From contig JALFIB010000216.1 in the NCBI GenBank assembly GCA_022776305.1, positions 12 through 64,011 on the forward strand: 64,000 nt of DNA. Direction: 5' to 3'. Under the pieces are notes generated by a model. It searched no databases, was not told where the DNA came from, and saw only the letters and a program-made list of their open reading frames with translations. Position 1 is the stretch's first letter. Each line of letters begins with the position of its first letter. Both the position numbers and the translations under genes were made by a program. Below are positions 49,964-59,252 of this stretch, piece by piece. Source of the DNA: Lachnospiraceae bacterium (lineage in GTDB: Bacteria > Bacillota > Clostridia > Lachnospirales > Lachnospiraceae).

Positions 49964-51244
49964 ATGAGCGATTATAGAATAGAAACGAAATGTATCCAGT
50001 CAGGATGGCAGCCAAAGACCGGTGAACCCCGTATGCTGCCGATCTATCAGAGCACTACATTTAAATATGATACGACGGAACAGATGGGAAAGCTGTTCGA
50101 CCTTGAAGATGACGGATATTTTTACACAAGGCTCCAGAATCCCACCAATGATGCGGTGGCTGCTAAGATTGCGGACCTTGAGGGCGGCGTGGCAGCGATG
50201 CTTACTTCTTCCGGTCAGGCGGCAAACTTCTATGCCGTTTTCAATATCTGTGAGGCTGGAGGACACGTGATCTGTGCCTCAGCAATCTACGGAGGAACCT
50301 TCAATCTTCTTGGCGTTACTTTGAAAAAATTGGGAATCGACTGTACTTTTGTAGACGTTGATGCAGATGAAGAGAAACTGAACAAAGCCTTTAAGCCAAA
50401 CACAAAGGCGGTACTTGCAGAGAGCATCTCCAATCCGGCCCTTGTCATACTGGATATTGAAAAGATGGCAAGAGTGGCACATGCTCACGGTGTACCTCTT
50501 ATCGTGGACAACACATTTGCTACACCTGTAAACTGCAAGCCTTTTGAGTGGGGTGCAGATATTGTCACCCATTCTACCACAAAGTATATGGATGGCCATG
50601 CTATGCAGGTGGGAGGAGCCATCGTGGACAGCGGGAACTTTGACTGGGAAGCACATGCAGACAAGTATCCCGGACTTACCACCCCGGATGAATCATACCA
50701 CGGCATTACATATACAAAAAAATTCGGAAAAGCGGCTTATATCTCGAAAGCTACATCCCAGCTGATGCGGGACCTTGGTTCAATCCCATCACCTATGAAC
50801 TGTTTTTTGCTCAATGTAGGCCTTGAGACACTTCCGCTGCGTGTGGAGCGTCATTGCTATAATGCACAGAAAGTAGCGGAGTTCTTGGATAGCCATGAAA
50901 AAGTGGCAAAAGTAAATTATGCGGGGCTTCCGGGAGATAAATATTATGATCTGGCAAAGAAATACATGCCCAATGGTACTTGCGGAGTCATCTCCTTTGA
51001 ACTGAAGGGAGGAAGAGAGCCGGCAGTCCGCTTCATGGATTCTCTGAAACTGGCTTCCATTGTCACCCATGTGGCAGATGCGAAGACTTGTGTCCTTCAT
51101 CCGGCCAGCCATACACACCGCCAGATGAATGACCAGCAGCTGAAAGAAGCAGGAATTTCATCAGGGCTGATCAGGCTTTCCGTTGGAATTGAACATGTGG
51201 ATGATATTATCGCTGACCTGAAACAGGCTTTGGAGCAGGCATAA
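49964..51244 (+). CDS. metY: O-acetylhomoserine aminocarboxypropyltransferase / sulfhydrylase
   Basis: PIYQSTTF, YTRLQNPT, VDNTFATP, HSTTKY, HPASHTH, IRLSVGIE. Confidence 0.88.
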   Translation: MSDYRIETKCIQSGWQPKTGEPRMLPIYQSTTFKYDTTEQMGKLFDLEDDGYFYTRLQNPTNDAVAAKIADLEGGVAAMLTSSGQAANFYAVFNICEAGGHVICASAIYGGTFNLLGVTLKKLGIDCTFVDVDADEEKLNKAFKPNTKAVLAESISNPALVILDIEKMARVAHAHGVPLIVDNTFATPVNCKPFEWGADIVTHSTTKYMDGHAMQVGGAIVDSGNFDWEAHADKYPGLTTPDESYHGITYTKKFGKAAYISKATSQLMRDLGSIPSPMNCFLLNVGLETLPLRVERHCYNAQKVAEFLDSHEKVAKVNYAGLPGDKYYDLAKKYMPNGTCGVISFELKGGREPAVRFMDSLKLASIVTHVADAKTCVLHPASHTHRQMNDQQLKEAGISSGLIRLSVGIEHVDDIIADLKQALEQA

Positions 51245-51324
51245 ACAAAAACAGCATTAATCAAACAGGAATAAATCAAACAGCAACAGTAACAGTCATT
51301 TGAAAACAACCATAAGCAGAATGT

Positions 51325-51391
51325 AAAACGGGCCTTCATAAAATGGAACAGCAGGAAGCTGTGAAATCCATTTTTAAGAAGGCCCGTTTTT
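51325..51391. terminator. Bidirectional terminator between metY and mscL
   Basis: AAAACGGGCCTTC...GAAGGCCCGTTTT long stem. Confidence 0.75.
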
Positions 51392-51437
51392 GAGGTAAAT
51401 CAACTCCTTCTATGAAGAGAAGGTGAATATGCGATGA

Positions 51438-51875
51438 TTATAATTCTGATGCACAGTGAGGGCATTTTACAGCGTCTTTGTGGATCTCAGATTTACAATA
51501 AGGACAAGTTTTTGTCGTTGGCTCCGGAGCGGGAGCAGGTTTGTGGAGTTTGTTGATACCCTTGATCACCATAAAAATGATGAATGCAGTTAACAGGAAC
51601 TGTACAACAAGCTGGATGAAGTTTCCGTATGCGAGAACCGCTGCACCAGCGTCCTGTGCGGCTTTCAGTGTAGGATATGTATTTCCGTCCAACGGGATCA
51701 TCAGATCGGTAAAGTTGATCTTCCCTGTGACCAATGTGATGACCGGCATGATGATATCATTTACGAGAGAGTTGACGATACCGGTAAAAGCACCACCGAT
51801 GATAACACCGACTGCCATATCGATCACGTTGCCGCGCATGATAAATGTCTTAAATTCTTGTAGTATCTTACCCAT
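51438..51875 (-). CDS. mscL: Large-conductance mechanosensitive channel with a C-terminal zinc ribbon
   Basis: EFKTFIMRGNVIDMAVGVIIGGAF, YGNFI; tail CPYC...CPHC; RBS GGAGG. Confidence 0.93.
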   Translation of the reverse strand: MGKILQEFKTFIMRGNVIDMAVGVIIGGAFTGIVNSLVNDIIMPVITLVTGKINFTDLMIPLDGNTYPTLKAAQDAGAAVLAYGNFIQLVVQFLLTAFIIFMVIKGINKLHKPAPAPEPTTKTCPYCKSEIHKDAVKCPHCASEL

Positions 51876-52049
51876 GATTTCCTCCTTCAAAATTTGTTTG
51901 CCATTGTTCCCACAGACATAAAATACATGCAAGCATGTATTTTATGTCCATTTGTCCCTTGGTTCATTGAATATTAAGATTATACCATGCCTTTCTTAAA
52001 AAATCTATGGTATACTACTGAAAAAGACTGGCAGGGAGGAACATATTCT

Positions 52050-53099
52050 ATGCGTTTTATGCATATTGCAGATGTACATTTGGGAGCTGCTCCGGATCAC
52101 GGTTTCTTGTGGGCAAAAGACAGAGGACGGGAGATCTGGGAAAGTTTTCGGCGCTGTATTGCAGATGCCAATGAAAAGAAGATAGATCTGCTTTTAATTG
52201 CAGGGGACTTGTTTCACAGGCAGCCGGAGCCGGGGGAGTTAAAAGAGGTAAATTATCTCTTCTCTACCTTGGAGCGCACGATCGTGGTATTGATTGCGGG
52301 AAACCACGATTACTTAAAGCCATCATCCCCTTATTTGGATTTTCCCTGGAATGAAAATGTGATCTGCCTGTTTTCACAGGGATGTGAAAGAGTGAGGCTG
52401 CCGGAGCTAAAGACGGAGGTATACGGGCTCAGTTACCATAGCCAGGAGATCAAAGAACCGCTGTATGATGAGATTGAGGCGGAGAGATCCGATTATTTCA
52501 AAATCCTTTTGGCCCATGGAGGAGATGCAGAGCACATTCCGATAAAAAAAGATGAAATACAAGAATCTGGTTTTGATTATATTGCGCTGGGGCATATCCA
52601 CAAGCCGCAAGTTTTCATCCAAGGACTGGCCATGTATGCCGGAGCGCTGGAGCCCATAGACTGCAACGATCTGGGATCCCACGGTTATATTATCGGGGAG
52701 GTGCACCGGAAAAAAGTGAAGCTCTCCTTTGTGGAGGTCTGCTGCAGGGAGTACAGGCAGGAAGAAATAGAAGTAACAGAGTCAGATACGGTGTATTCCG
52801 TTCGCGAAAAGATCGCAGCAAGGGTGCGGGAGCAGGGAGCGCAGCATATGTACCGGATCCAGCTGACAGGACAGCGCCATCCACAGCTTCGGTTTGACTT
52901 GAAAGAATATATGAAATGCGGACGTATTGTGGATATCATTGATAAGACAGTACCGGCATTTCATTTGGAAGAACTGAGGCGGCAGTACAGGGGGCAGCTG
53001 ATCGGCAATTATATCGAGAGCTTTGGTGAGGGGCCGAAGGGGATCATTGAGGAGAAAGCGCTTCGTTACGGTTTGGAAGCTTTATTATATTCTGAGTAG
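52050..53099 (+). CDS. Metallophosphoesterase / DNA repair exonuclease (SbcD/Mre11/YhaO-like)
   Basis: ADVHLG, AGDLFH, GNHD, AHGG, ALGHIH. Confidence 0.88.
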   Translation: MRFMHIADVHLGAAPDHGFLWAKDRGREIWESFRRCIADANEKKIDLLLIAGDLFHRQPEPGELKEVNYLFSTLERTIVVLIAGNHDYLKPSSPYLDFPWNENVICLFSQGCERVRLPELKTEVYGLSYHSQEIKEPLYDEIEAERSDYFKILLAHGGDAEHIPIKKDEIQESGFDYIALGHIHKPQVFIQGLAMYAGALEPIDCNDLGSHGYIIGEVHRKKVKLSFVEVCCREYRQEEIEVTESDTVYSVREKIAARVREQGAQHMYRIQLTGQRHPQLRFDLKEYMKCGRIVDIIDKTVPAFHLEELRRQYRGQLIGNYIESFGEGPKGIIEEKALRYGLEALLYSE

Positions 53100-53118
53100 A
53101 GGAATGATGGAGGGAAGT

Positions 53119-54594
53119 ATGGAGATACGGGAGCTTTTTTTAAAAAGCTACGGTAAATTTGACAATCATAAAATTGTTTTAAAGCCGGGTATCAATATTA
53201 TTTACGGTGGAAATGAGACGGGAAAATCTACGATACACTCTTTTATCCGCGCCATGTTTTTTGGGCTGAACAGAGGACGGGGGAGAGCTGCCAAGACAGA
53301 TGAATACCAGATACGGCTGCCCTGGGATAGGCCTGAGGCTTTTATGGGAAGCATGCGTATCGCTGAAAACGGCGAAGTATACCGCATAGACAGAAACTTT
53401 GGGAAAAACGGGCCGCCTCTTTCGGTGACGTGTGAGACGAAGGCGAGGGAGTATAGCCAGCCAGAAAAAGCATTGGAATCACTGCTTGGGGGTATCAGTG
53501 AGACTGCTTTTGTCAATACGGTGTTTATACCGCAGGCGCAGTCAGAGACTGATGAGGCTTTGGCGGCAGAGCTGCAAAGATATATGGTAAACAGTGACCA
53601 GACACTGGATACACAGCTGGATGTGTCTCAGGCTCTTCGGATTCTTCGGAAAAAAAAGAAGCTGATGGAGCAAAAAAAGAAAAAAGAAGATGAATGGATG
53701 GAGCGGTGCATTGAACAGAAACAAGCCAGTGCGGAAGCGATCCGCAATGAGATAGAGCTTCTGAAGCGCCAGATGATTGATGTTCCTTTAAAAAGCATGC
53801 ACCGTGAGGAGGACGAAGAGGAAGAAGATGGAAACGTAGGACTGGGACGAAAAGTTCTTGAGGTCTTGCTTTTTGCGGCAGGGATCTGCGCATTGACAGG
53901 TGCATATTTCCTGACGGATTGGAAGCTGCGGATATTTTTGGGAATCTTTGGAGCGCTGTTTCTGGCTATGATCCTGCCGGTCCATTTTTTGCTGGGAGAC
54001 CGGGAGGATAAGGAAGAAGGAACATCCGATGAAAATGGGAAAATGCAGCCTTACTTGATGGAAGAGATCAGGAACCGGGAGGAATCCTATCAAAAGCTCC
54101 AGAATGAGTTGGAAAAGCTGTATCACAGCCACGTAAAGCTTGACGGAACGGATACGGAGATCGCAGCCCTCACCTTGGCCATTGACCGCATTTGTGAGCT
54201 GTCTGCAGGAATCTATGCGGAATCGGGAGGACAGCTGAATGAGCGTGCCTCAATCATATTAAAGGAATTGACGAGAGGAGCCTATGACCGCATTATTTTA
54301 GACGAGACAGCAGAGGTGCGTATCCACACTCCATCCCGGGTGTTGGGGCTGCATCAGGTGAGCGGCGGGACGCTCCAGCAGATTTATTTCGCACTTCGCA
54401 TGGCTGCAGGGGATCTTTTATGTAAGGACGTAGTCCTGCCGGTCATTCTGGATGAGACCTTTGCCATGTATGACGATGCACGTCTGGAAGCTGCGCTCAT
54501 GTGGCTGAAAAAAAGCGGACGTCAGGTGATCCTGTTTACCTGCCAGAAGCGGGAACGGGAAATTCTTGAGCGGATCGAGAGACAAAGTAAATAA
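53119..54594 (+). CDS. SbcC/Rad50/YhaN-like ABC ATPase with a central TM hairpin
   Basis: Walker A GGNETGKST, signature VSGG, Walker B ILDE; two hydrophobic helices between coiled-coil segments. Confidence 0.85.
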   Translation: MEIRELFLKSYGKFDNHKIVLKPGINIIYGGNETGKSTIHSFIRAMFFGLNRGRGRAAKTDEYQIRLPWDRPEAFMGSMRIAENGEVYRIDRNFGKNGPPLSVTCETKAREYSQPEKALESLLGGISETAFVNTVFIPQAQSETDEALAAELQRYMVNSDQTLDTQLDVSQALRILRKKKKLMEQKKKKEDEWMERCIEQKQASAEAIRNEIELLKRQMIDVPLKSMHREEDEEEEDGNVGLGRKVLEVLLFAAGICALTGAYFLTDWKLRIFLGIFGALFLAMILPVHFLLGDREDKEEGTSDENGKMQPYLMEEIRNREESYQKLQNELEKLYHSHVKLDGTDTEIAALTLAIDRICELSAGIYAESGGQLNERASIILKELTRGAYDRIILDETAEVRIHTPSRVLGLHQVSGGTLQQIYFALRMAAGDLLCKDVVLPVILDETFAMYDDARLEAALMWLKKSGRQVILFTCQKREREILERIERQSK

Positions 54595-54612
54595 AAGAAC
54601 GGAGGAAAAGAG

Positions 54613-55431
54613 ATGTTGAAGATCGGATGCCATTTATCATCTTCAAAGGGATTTTTACATATGGGGAAGGAGGCAGTTTCCATCGGGGCAAACACATTCC
54701 AGTTTTTTACGAGAAATCCCCGGGGCAGCAAAGCAAAACCCATAGATGAGGAGGACGTAAGAGCGTACCTTTCCTATGCAAAAGAACATGAAATCGAAAG
54801 GATCGTGGCACATGCGCCCTACACCCTGAATGCTTGTTCCGCAGATGAAAAGGTGCGGGAGTTTGCACTTATGACGATGAAAGACGACTTAGAGCGGATG
54901 GAGTATTTGCCGGGGAATGTTTATAATTTCCATCCGGGCAGCCATGTGGGACAGGGCATTGAGAAAGGAATCGACTGGATCGCCTCCCTCCTGAATGAGA
55001 TCCTGACGCCGGACCAGCATACCATTGTGCTTCTTGAGACTATGTCAGGGAAAGGCTCGGAAGTGGGCAGCCGTTTTGAGGAACTGGCGGATATCATAGA
55101 AAAGGTAGAGTGTAAAGAGAAAATCGGAGTCTGCTTTGATACCTGCCATGTTTATGATGCAGGATACGATATTGCAGGGAATCTGGATGGGGTTTTGAAG
55201 GAATTTGACCAGATCATAGGTCTGGAAAAGCTGTATGCAGTCCACGTCAACGATACGAAGAATCCTTTTAAGAGCCATAAAGACAGGCACGAAAAAATCG
55301 GGGAAGGATATCTGGGCACCGAGGTGCTGCGGAAGGTGGTACACCATCCACTTCTGGCAGGGCTTCCCTTCTGCCTTGAGACACCGAACGAGCTGGAGGG
55401 ATATGCGGCGGAAATCAAAATGTTGCGGTAA
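54613..55431 (+). CDS. nfo: Endonuclease IV
   Basis: IGCHLS, HAPY, FHPGSH, LETMSG, DTCH, HVND, DRHE, ETP. Confidence 0.95.
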   Translation: MLKIGCHLSSSKGFLHMGKEAVSIGANTFQFFTRNPRGSKAKPIDEEDVRAYLSYAKEHEIERIVAHAPYTLNACSADEKVREFALMTMKDDLERMEYLPGNVYNFHPGSHVGQGIEKGIDWIASLLNEILTPDQHTIVLLETMSGKGSEVGSRFEELADIIEKVECKEKIGVCFDTCHVYDAGYDIAGNLDGVLKEFDQIIGLEKLYAVHVNDTKNPFKSHKDRHEKIGEGYLGTEVLRKVVHHPLLAGLPFCLETPNELEGYAAEIKMLR

Positions 55432-55501
55432 AAGGACTTTGTGCATAGATGCGTACGGATGTGAGGGGAGTTTTTTACTTCGTAAAATGCAGCCAGCGCA
55501 G

Positions 55502-55550
55502 AAAAAGTGTGCTTCTTGACGTTTCGTAAAGCCAAGAAGCACACTTTTTT
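55502..55550. terminator. Bidirectional terminator between nfo and prs
   Basis: AAAAAGTGTGCTTCTTG...CAAGAAGCACACTTTTTT. Confidence 0.8.
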
Positions 55551-55578
55551 ACAATCATAAATCGTTATGATGATTTTG

Positions 55579-56757
55579 TTAATTCCTGTGTTTTTGAAGG
55601 AAGTTGTTGATACGGTCGGTAGGATTCAGCAGGTCGCTGATGGAACCATCATGGTTTAATGTATCAATGATCAACGCAATGTATTTGCTCATGTCACAGC
55701 CTACATAGTAAGGTTTTTCCAGTAATTCCGGTGTCTGGTAGACCAGATTGGTGGTCAGCATGGAATGGAAAAGCCCTTGCTCATGGGCACGGTCAAATTT
55801 TTCAAGGCCATTGGTAAATAAGCCAAAAGTAGAACAGATAAAGATCCTTGCGGCATTTCTCTTCTTTAATTCTTTTGATACATCCAGCATACTGTCACCG
55901 GAAGAGATCATATCGTCCAGAATGACTACGTCTTTTCCTGCAACATCAGCACCCAGAAATTCATGTGCCACGATGGGGTTGCGTCCGTTTACAACGTGGG
56001 CGTAATCACGGCGCTTGTAAAACATTCCCATGTCTACCCCAAGCACGTTGGCCATATAGATGGCACGGCTTGCAGCTCCTTCGTCCGGGCTGATGATCAT
56101 CAGATGCTCCGGATCTGCCTTTAAATCCGGCGCTGCACGGTACAATCCTTTGATAAACTGGTATACAGGCTGTACTGTCTCAAAACCGTGGAGGGGGATA
56201 GCGTTCTGGACACGTGGGTCATGGGCATCAAAGGTGATGATATTGTCTACGCCCATCTTTACCAGCTCCTGAAGAGCCAGTGCGCAGTCCAGAGATTCGC
56301 GCCCTGTACGTTTATGCTGGCGGCTTTCATACAGGAACGGCATGATTACGTTCAGCCGGCGGGCTTTTCCACCCACTGCTGCAATGATTCTTTTTAAGTC
56401 CTGAAAATGGTCATCGGGAGACATCCTGTTTGTATGGCCGCATAAAGAATAAGTCAAACTGTAATTGCACACATCTACAAGAATATACAGATCGTCCCCG
56501 CGCACAGAATCATGGATGATTCCTTTTGCCTCTCCTGAACCAAAACGCGGAACACTTGCCTTGACAAGATAAGAAGGCTTCGCATAAGACTCCAGAAGAG
56601 GGCTGCCTAAATGCTCATGCTCGCGCTCTTGGCGCCACTGTACAATATGGGCGTCTATTTTTTTCCCTAAAGTCTCACAGCTTGATAAGGGAATAATGCC
56701 AAGTTCACCTACGGGGATCGTTTCAAGATTTCGTTTATTTGCAGACGGAAATTCCAT
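55579..56757 (-). CDS. prs: Ribose-phosphate pyrophosphokinase
   Basis: RFGSGE, PFLYESRQH, FDAH, SPDEG, ILDDMISSGDS. Confidence 0.92.
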   Translation of the reverse strand: MEFPSANKRNLETIPVGELGIIPLSSCETLGKKIDAHIVQWRQEREHEHLGSPLLESYAKPSYLVKASVPRFGSGEAKGIIHDSVRGDDLYILVDVCNYSLTYSLCGHTNRMSPDDHFQDLKRIIAAVGGKARRLNVIMPFLYESRQHKRTGRESLDCALALQELVKMGVDNIITFDAHDPRVQNAIPLHGFETVQPVYQFIKGLYRAAPDLKADPEHLMIISPDEGAASRAIYMANVLGVDMGMFYKRRDYAHVVNGRNPIVAHEFLGADVAGKDVVILDDMISSGDSMLDVSKELKKRNAARIFICSTFGLFTNGLEKFDRAHEQGLFHSMLTTNLVYQTPELLEKPYYVGCDMSKYIALIIDTLNHDGSISDLLNPTDRINNFLQKHRN

Positions 56758-56844
56758 TCTGTGCTCCTCCTGTCGCTGCAGTGCAGCGGTAAATTGAAGA
56801 TATTATGAGTTGCTGTACCGATTTTACCACAAAATGAATATTGG

Positions 56845-57843
56845 TCAACCCCTTGGGGCTGATATTTTTTTCTGAAGCCGGATATCATCTCCGATAAGCT
56901 TCAGCATCGTATAGTTGCTGGAGATACGTGAAAAAACTCGTTCTGAATACGTATCTGCAAAAGTGGCCAGAGAAAGGTTGGTGGAGATCAATGTGCTCTT
57001 GCTCCGCATGATCCTCTCGTTTAGTACGTGGAACAGCTCCGATGCAACAAAAGAATTGACCAGCTCAGTCCCAAGGTCATCGATGATCAGAAAATCGCAG
57101 TCAAAAATATGCTGTTCCATTTCCGCCTGACTGGAAATCTGGTTCCTGCCAAAAGCAGAATCGGCAAAAAGCTCAAACAGGCGGAAAGAAGAAAAGTAGA
57201 TCACAGAGTGTGTACCATCAAGCAGCTCTTTGGCAATACAGTGGGACAGGAAGGTTTTCCCCAGTCCTGTGTCACCGTAGAGAAAGAGATTTTCGAATTT
57301 CTGGTCAAACTCTGATACGAATCTTTTGCATTCTTCCAGTGCTCTTTTGGCAGTCTGGGCAGCGCTAAGGCCGGTCACCGGATCTGTGAGCTCTTTTGAA
57401 TAGTAATCGAGGGAAAATGTGGAAAAGTTTTCTTCTAACAGGATTTCCCTGAGATTGGACTGAGTATACAAAAGGTCAATGGCTGCCTGACGGAAGCAGT
57501 GGCATTTATCGGAGCCGATATAGCCGGTGTCCTGACAGTCTTTGCACTTATATCGGGGAGTTAAATAATCCTCCGGATAACCTGCTTTTCGCAGGATCTC
57601 CCCACGTTTTGCTGAGAGCCGGGCAATCTCGTCCCGAAGCTCCTCCACGGAAGCTTCTTCTTCCGAGAGAAGGCGTCTTGCACACGCAGTGCTGGCAGAG
57701 GCGATATCCCGGTCGATCTTGGAAAACTCCGGAAAACGGGAGTAGATCTCTTCCGTGCGCTCTGCCAGCTCCTGACGGTTGATAAGCTGTTGACGCTGGT
57801 AATCGCGCATAATCGTGTTGTATTGTTCATTAGTCAGTCCCAT
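56845..57843 (-). CDS. DnaC/DnaI-like AAA+ helicase loader
   Basis: CKDC...CHC zinc motif, GDTGLGKT, IIDDLGTE, ISTNL, IGDDIR. Confidence 0.88.
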   Translation of the reverse strand: MGLTNEQYNTIMRDYQRQQLINRQELAERTEEIYSRFPEFSKIDRDIASASTACARRLLSEEEASVEELRDEIARLSAKRGEILRKAGYPEDYLTPRYKCKDCQDTGYIGSDKCHCFRQAAIDLLYTQSNLREILLEENFSTFSLDYYSKELTDPVTGLSAAQTAKRALEECKRFVSEFDQKFENLFLYGDTGLGKTFLSHCIAKELLDGTHSVIYFSSFRLFELFADSAFGRNQISSQAEMEQHIFDCDFLIIDDLGTELVNSFVASELFHVLNERIMRSKSTLISTNLSLATFADTYSERVFSRISSNYTMLKLIGDDIRLQKKISAPRG

Positions 57844-57853
57844 GGCGTCCCTT

Positions 57854-57934
57854 TCCTCATATTTGGATGGGCCTAAGGCCCTTTACACACCAAAGAGCAA
57901 GCTCATGGGAGTTAGGCCTTTTGACTCCGGCATC
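57854..57934 (-). mobile_element. MITE-like family copy 4 (truncated, diverged) between the DnaD-domain gene and the helicase loader
   Basis: Minus strand starts GATGCCGGAGTCAAAAG (15/17 to the left TIR of 24310) and ends CCAAATATGAGGA (identical to copy 3). Confidence 0.75.
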
Positions 57935-57940
57935 ATCATT

Positions 57941-58972
57941 TTATTGGTTTAATAGTTGCTTTTCCAGCTGGGTGTAATCATACTCTCTTTGAGAAAAATT
58001 GTTAAAACGGTTTCCCGATGTCTTTTGCTGTTTTGGCTGGGATGCTTTCTGCTGGTCGGTCTTTCTTTGCAGGTCCAGCTTTTTCACATCAGAAAGAGAA
58101 GTGACTCCGCTTTTTTTCCATTGTTCCAGAATCTTATCGGCATACTGGAAATTTGGCTGGTGGGTCTGGAGGATCGTCCTGCGGCATGCCTCCAGAATAA
58201 TGTCGATGGAGAAGCCGTATTCATCAAACCAGCGGGACATCACTTCAAGCTCCGGGGCGGCGGGATTTCTTCCCTTGATCCCAAAAGTATTTAAAATAGT
58301 AAAATAATTGCGGTTGTGCAGGTTTGTCTCCTGTTTTGCCTGAAGGACAGTGGAGATCCCGGCTTCCGCCCAGGACAAGGCTACCTTGCGCATGTAGTGG
58401 CGGTTGGCGGATCCTTTTGAGATACAGTATTCCAGCAGATACTCGATCAGGTCTGTGGAAAACTGGAGTGTATCATAATAATAAATAAAATCATTTTGCT
58501 CTGCTGAGGTCAGCGGCCGCTGCAGGTACTGCTCTGCCACGTAAAAAAGCTGGCGGATCTCCTGCTGCTCTTTTGCTTCAGCCACCCGTTCCCGGTCCGG
58601 CATATCCTGCGGGGATATCTCCATAGGCTGTTTTTTGGCGTTCTTTACACCAAGCATGGCAATATCGCTCTTGTCATTTTTTCCTTCCGGGAAATGGGAA
58701 AAGGTGACAGAAAGGATCGTACCCTGCCCATCCACCTTCGTCTGAAGCAGCCCTTGCTTTTCCCAATAGGACAGCGCACGTAAAATATCTTTTTCTGTAT
58801 AATCAAATATATCGGCGATGGAAGAGAGGGAGAGTTCCCGTCCCGTATCCGCACATCGAAGCAGGTATAGGTATACTTTGACGTATTCGCCGTTGGCATA
58901 AGGCATGTACTGGTCAATAAAGATGTTATGTACAATGGTGGCGCCTTCTGGTGTATCTGAGTAGATTTTCAT
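57941..58972 (-). CDS. DnaD/DnaB-domain replication protein
   Basis: NIFIDQYMP.ANGEYVKVYLYLLR, two DnaD-type repeats (YMRKVALSW, YADKILEQW), RFNNFSQREYD. Confidence 0.88.
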   Translation of the reverse strand: MKIYSDTPEGATIVHNIFIDQYMPYANGEYVKVYLYLLRCADTGRELSLSSIADIFDYTEKDILRALSYWEKQGLLQTKVDGQGTILSVTFSHFPEGKNDKSDIAMLGVKNAKKQPMEISPQDMPDRERVAEAKEQQEIRQLFYVAEQYLQRPLTSAEQNDFIYYYDTLQFSTDLIEYLLEYCISKGSANRHYMRKVALSWAEAGISTVLQAKQETNLHNRNYFTILNTFGIKGRNPAAPELEVMSRWFDEYGFSIDIILEACRRTILQTHQPNFQYADKILEQWKKSGVTSLSDVKKLDLQRKTDQQKASQPKQQKTSGNRFNNFSQREYDYTQLEKQLLNQ

Positions 58973-59012
58973 TTGGCTCACTCCCAATTTATCCTTGTTT
59001 CTCACATTCAAC

Positions 59013-59041
59013 AGTATACCATAACACTTCAAAAATGAGAA
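59013..59041 (-). promoter_or_regulatory. Putative promoter of the DnaD-domain/helicase-loader operon
   Basis: Minus strand TTCTCA-17 bp-TATACT with extended -10 TG. Confidence 0.55.
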
Positions 59042-59078
59042 CAGGCAGTTTTCTCATCCACCGGAAATTCAGTTATGC

Positions 59079-59251
59079 AGTGGAAAATGTGGATAATGTG
59101 GATAAAAAGTTGACAATAACAAGCCGGAACTGCGTAATATGCGGAAGTTTGTAGGAATGTGTCGAAAAGTTATGTAAATCACCTTGTCCACAAAAAAATC
59201 CACACGTTTCCTCACAAAAGATGTGAATAAACGTGTGGATAATGTGGATAA
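59079..59251. promoter_or_regulatory. DnaA-box cluster
   Basis: TGTGGATAA at 59088, 59097, 59234, 59243; TGTGAATAA at 59222; TTGTCCACA at 59184; degenerate boxes at 59079, 59196, 59208. Confidence 0.88.
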
Positions 59252-59252
59252 C

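Noticed and set aside
55447-55463. Further copies of the MITE-like family (AGATGCGTACGGATGT; also 34164-34190)
   Set aside because: Matches are too short and gapped to separate from chance
56845-57843. IS21 IstB or prophage replication module
   Set aside because: No IstA, integrase or phage genes; flanked by housekeeping prs and murC
59033-59252. Chromosomal origin oriC
   Set aside because: No dnaA/dnaN in the window, no evident unwinding element or DnaA-trios, and no lasting switch in gene orientation; kept as a non-origin cluster
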